Assembly: GCA_963705165.1 (NCBI GenBank) | Contig: CAVPJD010000028.1 | Coordinates: 1-61,308, forward strand | From: an uncultured delta proteobacterium | GTDB lineage: Bacteria > Desulfobacterota > Syntrophia > Syntrophales > UBA2192 | Direction: 5' to 3' | Length of the DNA stretch: 61,308 bases | In this document: positions 8,529 through 18,061 of the stretch, piece after piece | Layout: every line of letters begins with the position of its first letter | Numbering within the stretch: the stretch's first letter is position 1 | Position numbers and translations under genes: made by a program | Notes under the pieces: model-generated | Seen by the model: the letters and a program-made list of their open reading frames with translations, nothing else | The model's database searches: none | What the model was told of the DNA's origin: nothing

Positions 8529-9526
8529 GCATGACCCCTTTGCCCGCTTGTGCCCTCAGCGGGTTTATCCCCCTGACTCCGCAATGGCAGGGTCAGGGTG
8601 AACACGGTTCCTTTCCCCGTGCCCCCGCTTTCGGCGGCCACCTTTCCCCGGTGGATTTTCGCGATCTGCTGCGCCATGTACAGGCCCAGGCCGCTTCCCT
8701 TCGCCGTCATGTCGTCCGTCGAGCCGACCTGGTAGAACTTCTTGAAGATCTGCCGGATCTCCGATCGGTCGATGCCGATTCCATTGTCTTCGAACCGGAT
8801 CTGCAGCTCCTTCCCCTGGGGAACGAAGCGGATGTCGACGGCAGGGGCACCTGATTTATTGTACTTCACGGCATTGGTCAGGATGTTCATCAGGAACATG
8901 TCGAGAAGCGAGGGGATGACGGGGCCCCGGAGCGGCTTTCCGGCCGGGTTATGAATCCGGATTTCCGCATTGCGGAAGAGATCCGCATTTCTGCGGTGGA
9001 ACTGCTCGACGGCGCTCACCAGGTCCGTGTCGACGAATTCCTTGAGGTAGCTCCCGCTCTCGATCCTGGCAAGCTCCAGGATGCGGTTGATGTTGTCCAG
9101 GAGCCTCTCCACGTCATGGATCATGAAACCGACATACCTGAGCCGGTCCTCCCGGGGCAGTTCGTGCTTCGCGAAGGTCTCCAGGTAGAGCTTGAGGGAC
9201 GTCACGGGAGTCTTGAGCTCATGGGTGAAGCTGTTGATGAAGTTTCTCTGCATCCGGTAGAGCTTCCAGGTCTTCTGGTTGTAGATGAAGATGAGGAAGA
9301 CCCCGGCCAGGATGATCGCCACCAGGATGCAGAGCACCAGGATGACGACCCAGGTCTGGACCTCGAGAAACTGGGAAGGGTCGAGCTGGTACTTCTCGAT
9401 GACCGCCTTCAGCCCCGCGCTGACCTCGATGTACCAGTAGATGTAGAGGGCCAGCGAGGCCGCCAGGGCGACGATGGAAAAGACGAAGATGAAAACGGGA
9501 TGATAAAACCACTTGAAACGGTTCAC
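8525..9526 (-). CDS. Sensor histidine kinase with two TM helices
   Basis: H box FTHELKTP, N box NAVKYN, DNGIG, GSGLGL; GTG start at 9526 after GGAGAG. Confidence 0.93.
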   Translation of the reverse strand: MNRFKWFYHPVFIFVFSIVALAASLALYIYWYIEVSAGLKAVIEKYQLDPSQFLEVQTWVVILVLCILVAIILAGVFLIFIYNQKTWKLYRMQRNFINSFTHELKTPVTSLKLYLETFAKHELPREDRLRYVGFMIHDVERLLDNINRILELARIESGSYLKEFVDTDLVSAVEQFHRRNADLFRNAEIRIHNPAGKPLRGPVIPSLLDMFLMNILTNAVKYNKSGAPAVDIRFVPQGKELQIRFEDNGIGIDRSEIRQIFKKFYQVGSTDDMTAKGSGLGLYMAQQIAKIHRGKVAAESGGTGKGTVFTLTLPLRSQGDKPAEGTSGQRGHA

Positions 9527-9626
9527 GGATGCTCTCCATGCAGGGCTTGCGCATGCCCCTGGCACGATAAGTATAATGGGGCCCGCCCCGTGTCAATGCG
9601 CAAATATTTTCCCGGCCGATCCGGCT

Positions 9627-9645
9627 TTGTAAAACTATTGTAAAA
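9627..9645. promoter_or_regulatory. Candidate OmpR-family binding site (tandem repeat, 11 bp period)
   Basis: TTGTAAAA-cta-TTGTAAAA between the divergent HK/RR operon and the radical SAM gene. Confidence 0.55.
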
Positions 9646-9718
9646 GCCCATTGAGCGCTTTCCTTCCCGGGCTCAGGGGTTCATGATGGCCGGAAATCAG
9701 AACCCGGGAAGGAGCCTC

Positions 9719-11470
9719 ATGCCGAAATCACAGACCACTCATCCCCTGGGCCGCCGGGCGCGGATCCTGCTCACCAGCGTCTTCGGGCCCTATGCGCAGG
9801 ATGACGAATACGGAAGCCGCAAGATCAACCCCATGGAGCTCTACCAGAACCAGGTGACGCGCATCCAGGGAGGCTTCTCCCTGCGGATGTTTCACCCCTC
9901 CTTCGCCCTGCGGATGCTGCAGGCCAACATCGACGCACCCTGCACCGTCCTCGATTATCCCCGCCTCGACGACTTCATCCGGGAAATACGGGAGAACGAA
10001 TACGACATCGTGGGGATCAGCTCCATCGTGCCCAACACGGGCAAGGTGAAAAAGATGTGCGAGCTGATCCGCGAGCACCGGCCCGGCGCAACCATCGTCG
10101 TCGGCGGGCACATCGCGAGCCGCGAGGATCTCGACGGGATCATCGATGCCGACCACATCGTGAAGGGCGACGGGATCTCGTGGTTCCGGCGATTTCTCGG
10201 GCAGGACGAGAAGGCCCCCGTCCGGCACCCCATGGTCTACTCAGGCTTCGGCGCCCGGCTCCTGGGCATCGACCTGCCGCAAAAGCCGGCGCGCACGGCA
10301 GCCATCCTGATCCCCTCCGTGGGCTGTCCCGTGGGCTGTAACTTCTGCTCCACGTCGGCCCTCTTCGGCGGCAAGGGAAAGTTCCTCAACTTCTACGAGA
10401 CGGGCGACGAGCTTTACTCCGTCATGTGCCAGATCGAGGAGAAACTCGCCGTGCGGTCCTTCTTCGTTCTCGACGAGAATTTCCTTCTGCACCGCAAGCG
10501 CACGCTGCGCCTCCTGGAGCTGATGGAGAAAAACGGGAAGAGCTGGGCGCTGAATGTCTTCAGCTCCGCCCGGGTTTTGCAGTCCTACTCGATCGAGCAA
10601 CTCATAGGGCTGGGGATCATCTGGGTCTGGATGGGCCTCGAGGGCGAGAGCAGCGCATACAAAAAGCTCGAGGACGTGGACACGAGAAAGCTCGTCAGAA
10701 CCCTGCAGGAAAACGGGATCCGCGTCCTGGGCTCGTCCATCATCGGGCTGGAAAACCACACGCCCCAGAACATGGCCGGCATCATCGACCACGCCGTGAG
10801 TCACGACACCGACTTTCACCAGTTCATGCTCTACACCCCGAACCCGGGCACGCCGCTCCATGAGAGGCACCGCCAGGACGGGACGCTCCTTCCCGAGTCG
10901 GAGTTCCCCGCCGCCGATGCCCACGGCCAGTACCGCTTCAACTACCGCCACCCCCACATCCAAAACGGCTGCGAGGAGGAATTTCTCATCGGGGCCTTCC
11001 GCCGGGATTTCGAGGTCAACGGCCCCAGCCTCTACCGCCTTATCCGGACGATGCTGAAGGGCTGGCAGGCACACGGGAACCACCCCGATGCCCGGATCCG
11101 CAATCGCGTCGCCTGGGACGCGGCGCCCCTTCGCTCGACCTACGCCGGGGCCGTGTGGGCCATGAGGAAATGGTACAAGGGAAATGAGCGGCTGTGCGGG
11201 AAAATGGACGATCTTTTGCAAGATTTTTACAGGACCTTCGGCTGGAAGACGAGAATGCTGGCGCCCCTTTTCGGCCGCTACGCCCTGGCAAATCTCCAGG
11301 GGGAGGAAAAGAGGCTGAAAGAGGGCTGGAGCTATGAGCCGCGCACGCTGCGCGAAAAGAATGCCGCCGCCCTTGCCCTGGAAAATAAAGCCCCCGGACC
11401 TTTCAGGATCGCCATTCCGGAAGTGACGCTCCCCATCCCCAGGCCCGCGTCGATGCGCAGCGCACGATAG
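9719..11470 (+). CDS. Cobalamin-binding radical SAM protein
   Basis: N-terminal B12-binding domain (IVVGGH), CPVGCNFC motif, LDENF, YTPNPGT. Start could be 9683 or 9686. Confidence 0.9.
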   Translation: MPKSQTTHPLGRRARILLTSVFGPYAQDDEYGSRKINPMELYQNQVTRIQGGFSLRMFHPSFALRMLQANIDAPCTVLDYPRLDDFIREIRENEYDIVGISSIVPNTGKVKKMCELIREHRPGATIVVGGHIASREDLDGIIDADHIVKGDGISWFRRFLGQDEKAPVRHPMVYSGFGARLLGIDLPQKPARTAAILIPSVGCPVGCNFCSTSALFGGKGKFLNFYETGDELYSVMCQIEEKLAVRSFFVLDENFLLHRKRTLRLLELMEKNGKSWALNVFSSARVLQSYSIEQLIGLGIIWVWMGLEGESSAYKKLEDVDTRKLVRTLQENGIRVLGSSIIGLENHTPQNMAGIIDHAVSHDTDFHQFMLYTPNPGTPLHERHRQDGTLLPESEFPAADAHGQYRFNYRHPHIQNGCEEEFLIGAFRRDFEVNGPSLYRLIRTMLKGWQAHGNHPDARIRNRVAWDAAPLRSTYAGAVWAMRKWYKGNERLCGKMDDLLQDFYRTFGWKTRMLAPLFGRYALANLQGEEKRLKEGWSYEPRTLREKNAAALALENKAPGPFRIAIPEVTLPIPRPASMRSAR

Positions 11471-11484
11471 GCGACGCCGCCATC

Positions 11485-11511
11485 CCGTCCCTGACCCACC
11501 GGAAAACCAAC
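11485..11511 (+). repeat. Degenerate tRNA-Phe 3' end (att-like copy 3)
   Basis: ccgtccctgacccaccggaaaaccaac versus ccgccctgacccaccaggaaaacaac; 12 bp exact core ccctgacccacc. Confidence 0.7.
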
Positions 11512-11512
11512 G

Positions 11513-11551
11513 GGGGTTGCAGGTCCCGGACAGGACCTGTGGCCCCTTTTT
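11513..11551 (+). terminator. Rho-independent terminator
   Basis: ggggttgcaggtcc-cggaca-ggacctgtggcccc-ttttt. Confidence 0.8.
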
Positions 11552-11633
11552 CGTGGCGTTGCCGAACTCCGCCTTGACAGCGCCCACGTAAAATGAAACA
11601 AGCCCGAACAGGAAAGAGACGAACCGGAAGGAG

Positions 11634-12269
11634 ATGAATCCGTACATGGGCCTGCTCAATCTTCTGCTCAGCGATCCGTTGACATTTGTCCTTGTTGCCG
11701 TGCCGCTTCTGTATTCCATCATCATCCATGAGCTGGCCCACGGCTGGGTGGCCTGGCGGATGGGTGACGAGACGGCCAAATTGCAGGGAAGGCTCAGCCT
11801 CAATCCGCTCAAGCATCTCGACCCGATCGGCACGCTCATGCTTTTCCTTTTCGGGTTCGGCTGGGCAAAGCCGGTGCCGGTGAACTTCGATAACCTGCGC
11901 GACCTGCGCAAGGGGCTGATCTTCGTTTCGTCGGCAGGGATTGTCGCGAACATGCTTCTGGCCTTCACGGCCTTTCTTCTGAATCATCTCCTGTCGCCCT
12001 CCCCTTCGGGGATCCTTGCCCCGGTCCTCTATTACACGGCGCAGATCAACATCATGCTGGCGGCATTCAACCTCATCCCGATCCCGCCCCTGGACGGCTC
12101 GAAAATTTTCATGGGGTTTGCATCCGCGAAGTTTCAGTATTTACTCCTTCGCCTCGAACCGTATGGATTTTTCATCATCATCGGCCTGCTGTACCTTGGC
12201 GCCCTGGACCCCCTGATCGCATTTTTCCGCTGGTGCATCCTGGCGCTGATCCGCTTCCTGCTTCCCTGA
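11634..12269 (+). CDS. Site-2 protease family (M50) zinc metalloprotease
   Basis: HELAH, SLNPLKHLDP, GWAKPVPVN, FNLIPIPPLDG. Confidence 0.95.
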   Translation: MNPYMGLLNLLLSDPLTFVLVAVPLLYSIIIHELAHGWVAWRMGDETAKLQGRLSLNPLKHLDPIGTLMLFLFGFGWAKPVPVNFDNLRDLRKGLIFVSSAGIVANMLLAFTAFLLNHLLSPSPSGILAPVLYYTAQINIMLAAFNLIPIPPLDGSKIFMGFASAKFQYLLLRLEPYGFFIIIGLLYLGALDPLIAFFRWCILALIRFLLP

Positions 12270-12509
12270 GCGCTTTGCCCTGCAAAACGGCATCCTCTTT
12301 TTTCCCATTGATCTCGGCGGATTTTTCGTGAAAATCTCCCATTGGACCGGACCGCACGATCGGCGTCGGCATCCGTTGAAGAACTCCGGACGAAATGTGG
12401 TAATGTGACGACATAGGATATCGTGACGGGAAACTAAAAGGCCCCGTGAATCCGGCCATGCCGTCGGGGCCTGAAGCAATACGTCTTTGAGCATGAAGGA
12501 GATAGGGTC

Positions 12510-13044
12510 ATGATAAGAATCAAGAGAGAAAGAAAATGGATGGCTGCAGGTATCCTGACTGTTGCCCTGTCGGCTTTTGCTCTCACGGGATGCTTCCTCA
12601 CCGTGGGCAACCACATGAACTGGCAGCAGGTCGAGCAGCCCGGGCACTGGCAGGCGATGCCGGAAGCCAGAAATGGAACACCTATCGTTTCCTGACGGTA
12701 GGCCCTTTCGAGGAGCAGCGCATCGCCTATGTTCTGTTCAGCGATGATGTCACCATGGACATGTGGCACACCCCTTTTGTCAACCTGGGCAAAATGACCC
12801 TGCGGGAGGTCATGGACAATCATGACGCATCCTGAAGGAGCGCATGTGGGTAGGAACGGCGCTCGTTATTAGAGAATTTCAACGGGGCGGCAAAGTGATA
12901 GCCTGCACGGCAAATGAATTCCAGATGGAGGTCGATCTCTGGGAGATGGCCGCGGCGGGCCCAAAGCTCAATATCCGGATGATCTACATCGACCGCCGCT
13001 CGTTCAGCGGCAGTGGCGGCGTGTTAGACCCGAGCTCGCGTTGA
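12510..13044 (+). pseudogene. Lipoprotein of unknown function split by two apparent 1-nt deletions
   Basis: Lipobox LTGC and RBS AAGGAG. Three ORF fragments join if one base is added near 12663 and another near 12830. Confidence 0.55.
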
Positions 13045-13133
13045 GGCAGGACCGGCAGCCCGGATCGCAGGCAGTTGATCCCTTTCATCCCTCGTTGTGT
13101 CCGGCTCTCGCGGGCGAGATAGCTGATTGGACG

Positions 13134-13167
13134 AAAAAAGGCAGGGCGCTTCGGCCCTGCCTTTTTT
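13134..13167. terminator. Bidirectional terminator
   Basis: aaaaaaggcagggc-gcttcg-gccctgcctttttt between convergent genes. Confidence 0.85.
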
Positions 13168-13190
13168 GTTTAATGTTGTGTGAAATGCCC

Positions 13191-13863
13191 TTACTTCTTG
13201 AATCTCCTCAAGCCTGCGAGCCCCACGAGGCCGAAGCCGAAAAGCAGCATGGTGGCGGGTTCGGGGACGGCGGCAGGCGTGTAGTCGTACTCATACTTCA
13301 CACTCGCGTTCCCGTCATAGCTGAACACAACAGAATCATCAAACGTTGATTCGTATGTCGAGGATGCCAAACCGGCCAACGTCAAGAGGATCTGGAAAGG
13401 ATCGGGGCCCGCAAGGAACCGGCCAAACCCGACGTTATCGTATTGACAGTATAATTGTCCCCGACGCGGGAACCAATGCGCGAACGCTTCCGCAAACTCG
13501 TCCCAGTAATGGATTATCGAGGACATAGTGAGCCCACAACACTGGCCACGGTGGATTCACCCATTTCCGCCACATCGAGCGTATTCGAGAAATTATAGGT
13601 ATAGGGTCGTAGTCGGCTGGTATTATACTCCAAATCTGCGTAGAGCCGCTGACATTCACTTCCGCGTACATGGTCACACTGTTCAGAGTCCCCAGAGTGG
13701 TATCGAACGGTGTGATATCAAGCGTGATGTTTACAGGCGAAATAGGATCTGAACCAGAGTACAATGCTCCCATTTGCGTACCCGGTAATTAATCGGCCCC
13801 TGCAGGGGCGGCGAGGGCGAGAATCATCATTGCCGTCGCGAGCATGACTAGTTTTCTTTTCAT
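13191..13863 (-). pseudogene. PEP-CTERM sorting-domain protein (choice-of-anchor E-like), multiply frameshifted
   Basis: AAGGAGG plus ATG 13863 and signal peptide MKRKLVMLATAMMILALAAPAGA, then TAA at 13791-13789. PFDTTLGTLNSV lies in another frame; C-terminus is VPEPATMLLFGFGLVGLAGLRRFKK. Confidence 0.8.
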
Positions 13864-13957
13864 TCAAGAACCTCCTTGTTCTCTTATTCTCTCTCTGATT
13901 TTTCCTTTGATAGCCAATACATCGCCAAAAAATTGGTGAAATACTAGCTGAATATAG

Positions 13958-13973
13958 TGCAGGTTCCGGGCCG
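13958..13973 (-). promoter_or_regulatory. Sigma-54 (-24/-12) promoter of the PEP-CTERM gene
   Basis: cGGCCCggaacCTGCA, GG-N10-GC spacing, with AT-rich upstream DNA. Confidence 0.6.
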
Positions 13974-14039
13974 TTTTCCCATGCCATTGAAATGACTGCA
14001 TATTATTCAATTATCGATGATATCGAGCACAGTCAAAAT

Positions 14040-14146
14040 CGTCGGGTTACTTTACAGGCACAGATTCCTCCCAGTGGAATAATCGGCTCAAGACACCACA
14101 GCTACGAGGCTTTTCCCTTTTTTTGAATTTGTAACGAAACCCGACA
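14040..14146. promoter_or_regulatory. Two enhancer-like TGT-N11-ACA sites
   Basis: cgtcgggttactttaca (14040-14056) and tgtaacgaaacccgaca (14130-14146), inverted relative to each other. Confidence 0.6.
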
Positions 14147-14444
14147 CCTGATCATTCAAGACGATCTCATCCGGTCATAATCTGTACTGACACCGAAAAA
14201 ATATTCGTTTCATTTTCGTGCTTCCCGCTTCCGGTGGTTTCCTTCATGGTAAATCATCCTTACCCGCTGATATGTTCATGTATTGCTGTCAATCCGCCGC
14301 AAAACATCATCCGAGCCCGACGGATGCCGGTCACAGATCCCCTGCCGCACGAACTCCCTGAAAAGGCTTTACAAAAAACTGGAAAAACTATAACTTCCTC
14401 CCCCGTAATCGTTACAATTTCGTAACCGAAAAAGGGGGGAGTCG

Positions 14445-15962
14445 ATGACGGGAAAGGTGGGGTTCGACAACGAGAAGTACATCGAGGAGCAGTCGGCGGA
14501 GATCCTGGAGCGGGTCGGGAAGTCCAACAACCGCCTCTACCTCGAGTTCGGCGGGAAGCTCCTCTTCGACTACCACGCGGCCCGCGTGCTGCCCGGCTAC
14601 GACCCCAACGTCAAGCTCCGGCTCCTTCAGCACCTCAAGGACAAGGTGGATCTGCTGCTCTGCATCTTCGCGGGCGACATCGAGCGAAAGAAGATCCGCG
14701 CGGATTTCGGCATCACCTACGATGCCGACGCCCTCAAGCTCATCGACGACCTGCGCAACCGGGGCATCAGCGTCCTGGGGGTGGTGATCACGCGCTTCGA
14801 GAACCAGCCCGCGGCAAAGCAGTTCAAGAACAAGCTCGAGCGGCGCGACATCCGGGTCTTCACGCACCGCTTCACGAAGGGCTACCCCACCGACGTGGAC
14901 CTCATCGTGAGCGACGAGGGCTACGGCGCCAACGACTACATCGAATCGAAAAAGCCCCTCGTCGTCGTGACGGGCCCCGGGCCCGGGAGCGGCAAGCTCG
15001 CCACGTGCCTCTCGCAGCTCTACCACGACTACCGGCGCGGCATCCACGCGGGCTACGCCAAGTTCGAGACCTTCCCGATCTGGAACATCCCGCTCAAGCA
15101 CCCCGTCAATGTGGCCTACGAGGCCGCCACGGCCGACATCCGGGATTTCAACATCATCGACCCCTTCCACCTGGAGGCCTACGGCAAAACCTCCGTCAAC
15201 TACAACCGCGACGTGGACGCCTTCCCGCTGGTGAGGCGCATCATGGAGCGGATCACGGGGGGCGAGTCCTTCTACAAGTCGCCCACGGACATGGGCGTGA
15301 ACCGCGCCGGCTTTGCCATCGTCGACGACGAGGTGACCCGCGAGGCCGCCAAACAGGAGCTCATCCGGCGCTACTTCCGGTACCGCTGCGAGTACGCCAT
15401 GGGGTTTGCCGACGGCGGGACGGTCCAGCGGGTCGAGCTTTTGCTGAAAGACTTTCACCTCGTTCCCGAGTACCGCAAGGTCGTCGAACCGGCCCGCCAG
15501 GCGGCCCACGAGGCGCAGGCCCAGGACAAGGGCGACGAGGGCATCTTCTGCGGGGCGGCGATCGAGTTGAAGGACGGCACCATCGTCACGGGGAACAACT
15601 CGCCGCTGATGCACGCCGCATCGAGCGTCGTCATCCACGCCATCAAGCACCTGTCCGGAATCCCGGGCATGATCAAGCTGCTGCCCGAGTACATCACCGA
15701 ATCCGTGAAAAGCCTCAAAACGGGCATTCTCAACGAGAAGAGCGTGAGCCTCGATCTGGAGGAGACCCTCATTGCGCTCGCCATCAGCTCGACGACCAAC
15801 CCGGCGGCCCAGCTGGCCCTGGAGAAGCTCAAGGAGCTCAAGGGCTGCGAGGTGCACATGACCCACATCCCCACGCCGGGCGACGAGGCGGGCCTGCGGC
15901 GCCTGGGAGTGAACCTGACGAGCGACCCGAATTTCTCCTCGAAGGACCTCTTCATCGCTTGA
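14445..15962 (+). CDS. DUF1846 family protein (P-loop containing)
   Basis: GFDNEKY, LYLEFGGKL, GPGSGKLATCLSQLYH, YAKFETFPIWN, YKSPTDMGVN. Confidence 0.92.
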   Translation: MTGKVGFDNEKYIEEQSAEILERVGKSNNRLYLEFGGKLLFDYHAARVLPGYDPNVKLRLLQHLKDKVDLLLCIFAGDIERKKIRADFGITYDADALKLIDDLRNRGISVLGVVITRFENQPAAKQFKNKLERRDIRVFTHRFTKGYPTDVDLIVSDEGYGANDYIESKKPLVVVTGPGPGSGKLATCLSQLYHDYRRGIHAGYAKFETFPIWNIPLKHPVNVAYEAATADIRDFNIIDPFHLEAYGKTSVNYNRDVDAFPLVRRIMERITGGESFYKSPTDMGVNRAGFAIVDDEVTREAAKQELIRRYFRYRCEYAMGFADGGTVQRVELLLKDFHLVPEYRKVVEPARQAAHEAQAQDKGDEGIFCGAAIELKDGTIVTGNNSPLMHAASSVVIHAIKHLSGIPGMIKLLPEYITESVKSLKTGILNEKSVSLDLEETLIALAISSTTNPAAQLALEKLKELKGCEVHMTHIPTPGDEAGLRRLGVNLTSDPNFSSKDLFIA

Positions 15963-15975
15963 AAAGAAAATGGAT

Positions 15976-16128
15976 TAGGGTGTAAGGTGTAGGGGCAAGC
16001 CAGAAGGCAGCCGGCAGTCGAATGGACTTTTACTGTCGGCTGTAGACTGCAGGCTGTTGGCTCTCAGATGCCGCAGGCGGCATGACGAGATAGACCGGAC
16101 AGACTGGACAGACGGAAAAGACCCGATT
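15976..16128. repeat. Cluster of degenerate heptamer (TAGGGTG; CAGNNGG / CTGTNGG) and nonamer (GACNGGANA) tandem repeats
   Basis: tagggtg taaggtg; cagaagg cagccgg cagtcga ... ctgtcgg ctgtaga ctgcagg ctgttgg; gacgagata gaccggaca gactggaca gacggaaaa. Confidence 0.7.
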
Positions 16129-16151
16129 AGAAGAGTTCGGAGGAGGATACG

Positions 16152-16328
16152 ATGACCAAGCAGTTCGACCCGGAACAGTTCGAAGACGTAAAAGAGATGA
16201 TGGTCTATGAGGTCGTTCTTTCGGAGGCCCTGGTGAACCTGTTGCACAAAAAAGGCATCATCAAGAAGGCGGAGATGCTGGAAGAGATCAAGAAGATCAA
16301 GGCCAAAACCATCGACAAGAAAAAATAG
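16152..16328 (+). CDS. Small hypothetical protein (58 aa), below the ORF-track cut-off
   Basis: GGAGGAGG RBS; MTKQFDPEQFEDVKEMMVYEVVLSEALVNLLHKKGIIKKAEMLEEIKKIKAKTIDKKK. Confidence 0.75.
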   Translation: MTKQFDPEQFEDVKEMMVYEVVLSEALVNLLHKKGIIKKAEMLEEIKKIKAKTIDKKK

Positions 16329-16356
16329 CGGACGGCTCAGTCCCCTGTATCGATTC

Positions 16357-18061
16357 ATGCCGAAAGAGAAACGAATCATCGCCGGGGTGATGGCACTGCT
16401 GGGATGCATGGCCCTGGCTTCGTGCCAACCCGGGCAGATGATCATCCCCCCTGACTCCCTGGATCTCACCGTCAAGGCCGCCCCCGGCGCATCCGGCGTA
16501 TCGCGGGAGATGGCCGAGGAGTTCCTGAAGTACGCCCCCTTCCCCGCTTCAAGCAAAACCCTGATGCACGAGGGCCTGTGCTACGCCGAGCCGTATTTTC
16601 AGGATCGGGGGCTCGACCCCGCCGGAAACGACACGGACCGTTACAACGGCGTCGACACGGCGACGCTCTTCTTCAGCGCAACCCACGGCACGCCGGAGAC
16701 CTGGCTTGCCATGCCCAACGGCCGGGACCCGGGAAAGTGCCCCCAGAGCGCCTCGGAGACGCATGTCGTGGAACCGGGGAAGAATGCGGCTCGGCAACGG
16801 CCAGGACACCGGCGAGGGAAACGGCCTGCGCTACTTCTGGCAGTGCGCCTCGAACGTCTTCGCCCACGGGCCGCGGCAATGCCCGGGGGGCACTCCGGAT
16901 TTCGGCTGTCCCGAGAGCTCCGACGGCACGCAGGACACGGTGCTCTCGAGGAATGTCTACGAGCGCTGGGGCGGCATGCTCGCGCCGGGGCTGCGGATGG
17001 CCTGCGGCTTCTCGACGGCCGCCTTCTGCCACCCCGACGATGCCCGCAGGGTCTGGGACCTCTACGACCGGTCCTCGAACGGCTTTGCAGCGGCGGACGC
17101 CTTCATCGAAGGGTTTCGCCAGGAGCGTGAGGGCACCCTTCCCCTCTGCATCACCCTGGGAAGTGCCAGCGTCGAGCGGACACCCCTTTTCGACGAGAGG
17201 CTTCTCACGTCACCCAATCCTTCCGGCACGTCTCACTACCACGCGCAGTACCCCGTCCCCTTCAGCTCCACGGAGCGGCCCGGCAGACCTGCCGAGACAG
17301 GCTCCCCTCTCTGGGCGCCCATCTACGGGCTGAAACCCATGGCGCTTCCGGCAACGTTCAAGAAACTTGCCTTCGAACGGCAGGACGGCATGCTCGTCTC
17401 CTCAGACCTGGAAAATGTCTCAAGCCTCGCCGTGCGGGTCCGCCCTGCCAGCGGGGCGCTGTACCTGAACGGGAAGATGAATTTCGATCCCGACGATCCG
17501 GCACTGAAAGAGGATCAGTACCTGGATCGCGCGGCCCGGTTCCTGCGTGAATGGGGACTGGCCGAGGCCGCCGCGAAGCCCGAGGGAGTCCGCATGATGC
17601 TCGAAACGGTGCCGGTGAACAACAGGACGTTCGAAGTGATCCGGCGCCAGAAGAGCGTTTTCATCACCTTCAGACGCCAGGTCGAACTGGACGGGAAATC
17701 CATTCCCGTGCTCGGCGACGGCGGAGTGATCCGGCTCCAGATGAACAACGACGGATCGATCGCCCGGGCAGCCAAGATCTGGCGGGAGATCACGGGGGTC
17801 CGCAAAATAGCCCGCATCAAGCCCTACGAGACCACATACGGCGAAGCCCTGCAGCAGCTTGCAAACCCTGCCTCTTACAGGCTCGATGGATGGACCTGGG
17901 GGTACAAGGAAATTGAAGGCTCCGCGGAGCAGGCCGATCTGAGGATCGTGCACATCTTCACCTTCATCCCGAAGGGACAGGACACCGCTCTGCAGGTTGC
18001 TCCCGTAAAGGTCGAGATCGCAGCCCAGATGGACATGGCGGAGGCGACGATCGACAGGTAG
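16357..18061 (+). pseudogene. Large lipoprotein (DUF6345-like N-terminal domain), one frameshift
   Basis: Lipobox LASC. Removing one G from GGGG at 16776-16779 fuses ORF 16357 with ORF 16706-18061. Motifs D..LFFSATHG, MRLG, LRYFWQC. Confidence 0.6.

Noticed and set aside
12290..12500. Riboswitch (c-di-GMP or cobalamin) in the leader before the lipoprotein
   Set aside because: No recognisable conserved motifs by eye; an Rfam scan would be needed.
12830..12846. TGA at 12833 (and at 33468) as selenocysteine or readthrough codons
   Set aside because: The downstream coding continues in a different frame, so these are frameshifts and not recoding.
16776..16779. Phase variation or programmed frameshifting at the split genes
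   Set aside because: Runs are only 2-4 nt, with no slippery heptamer or stimulatory structure evident.
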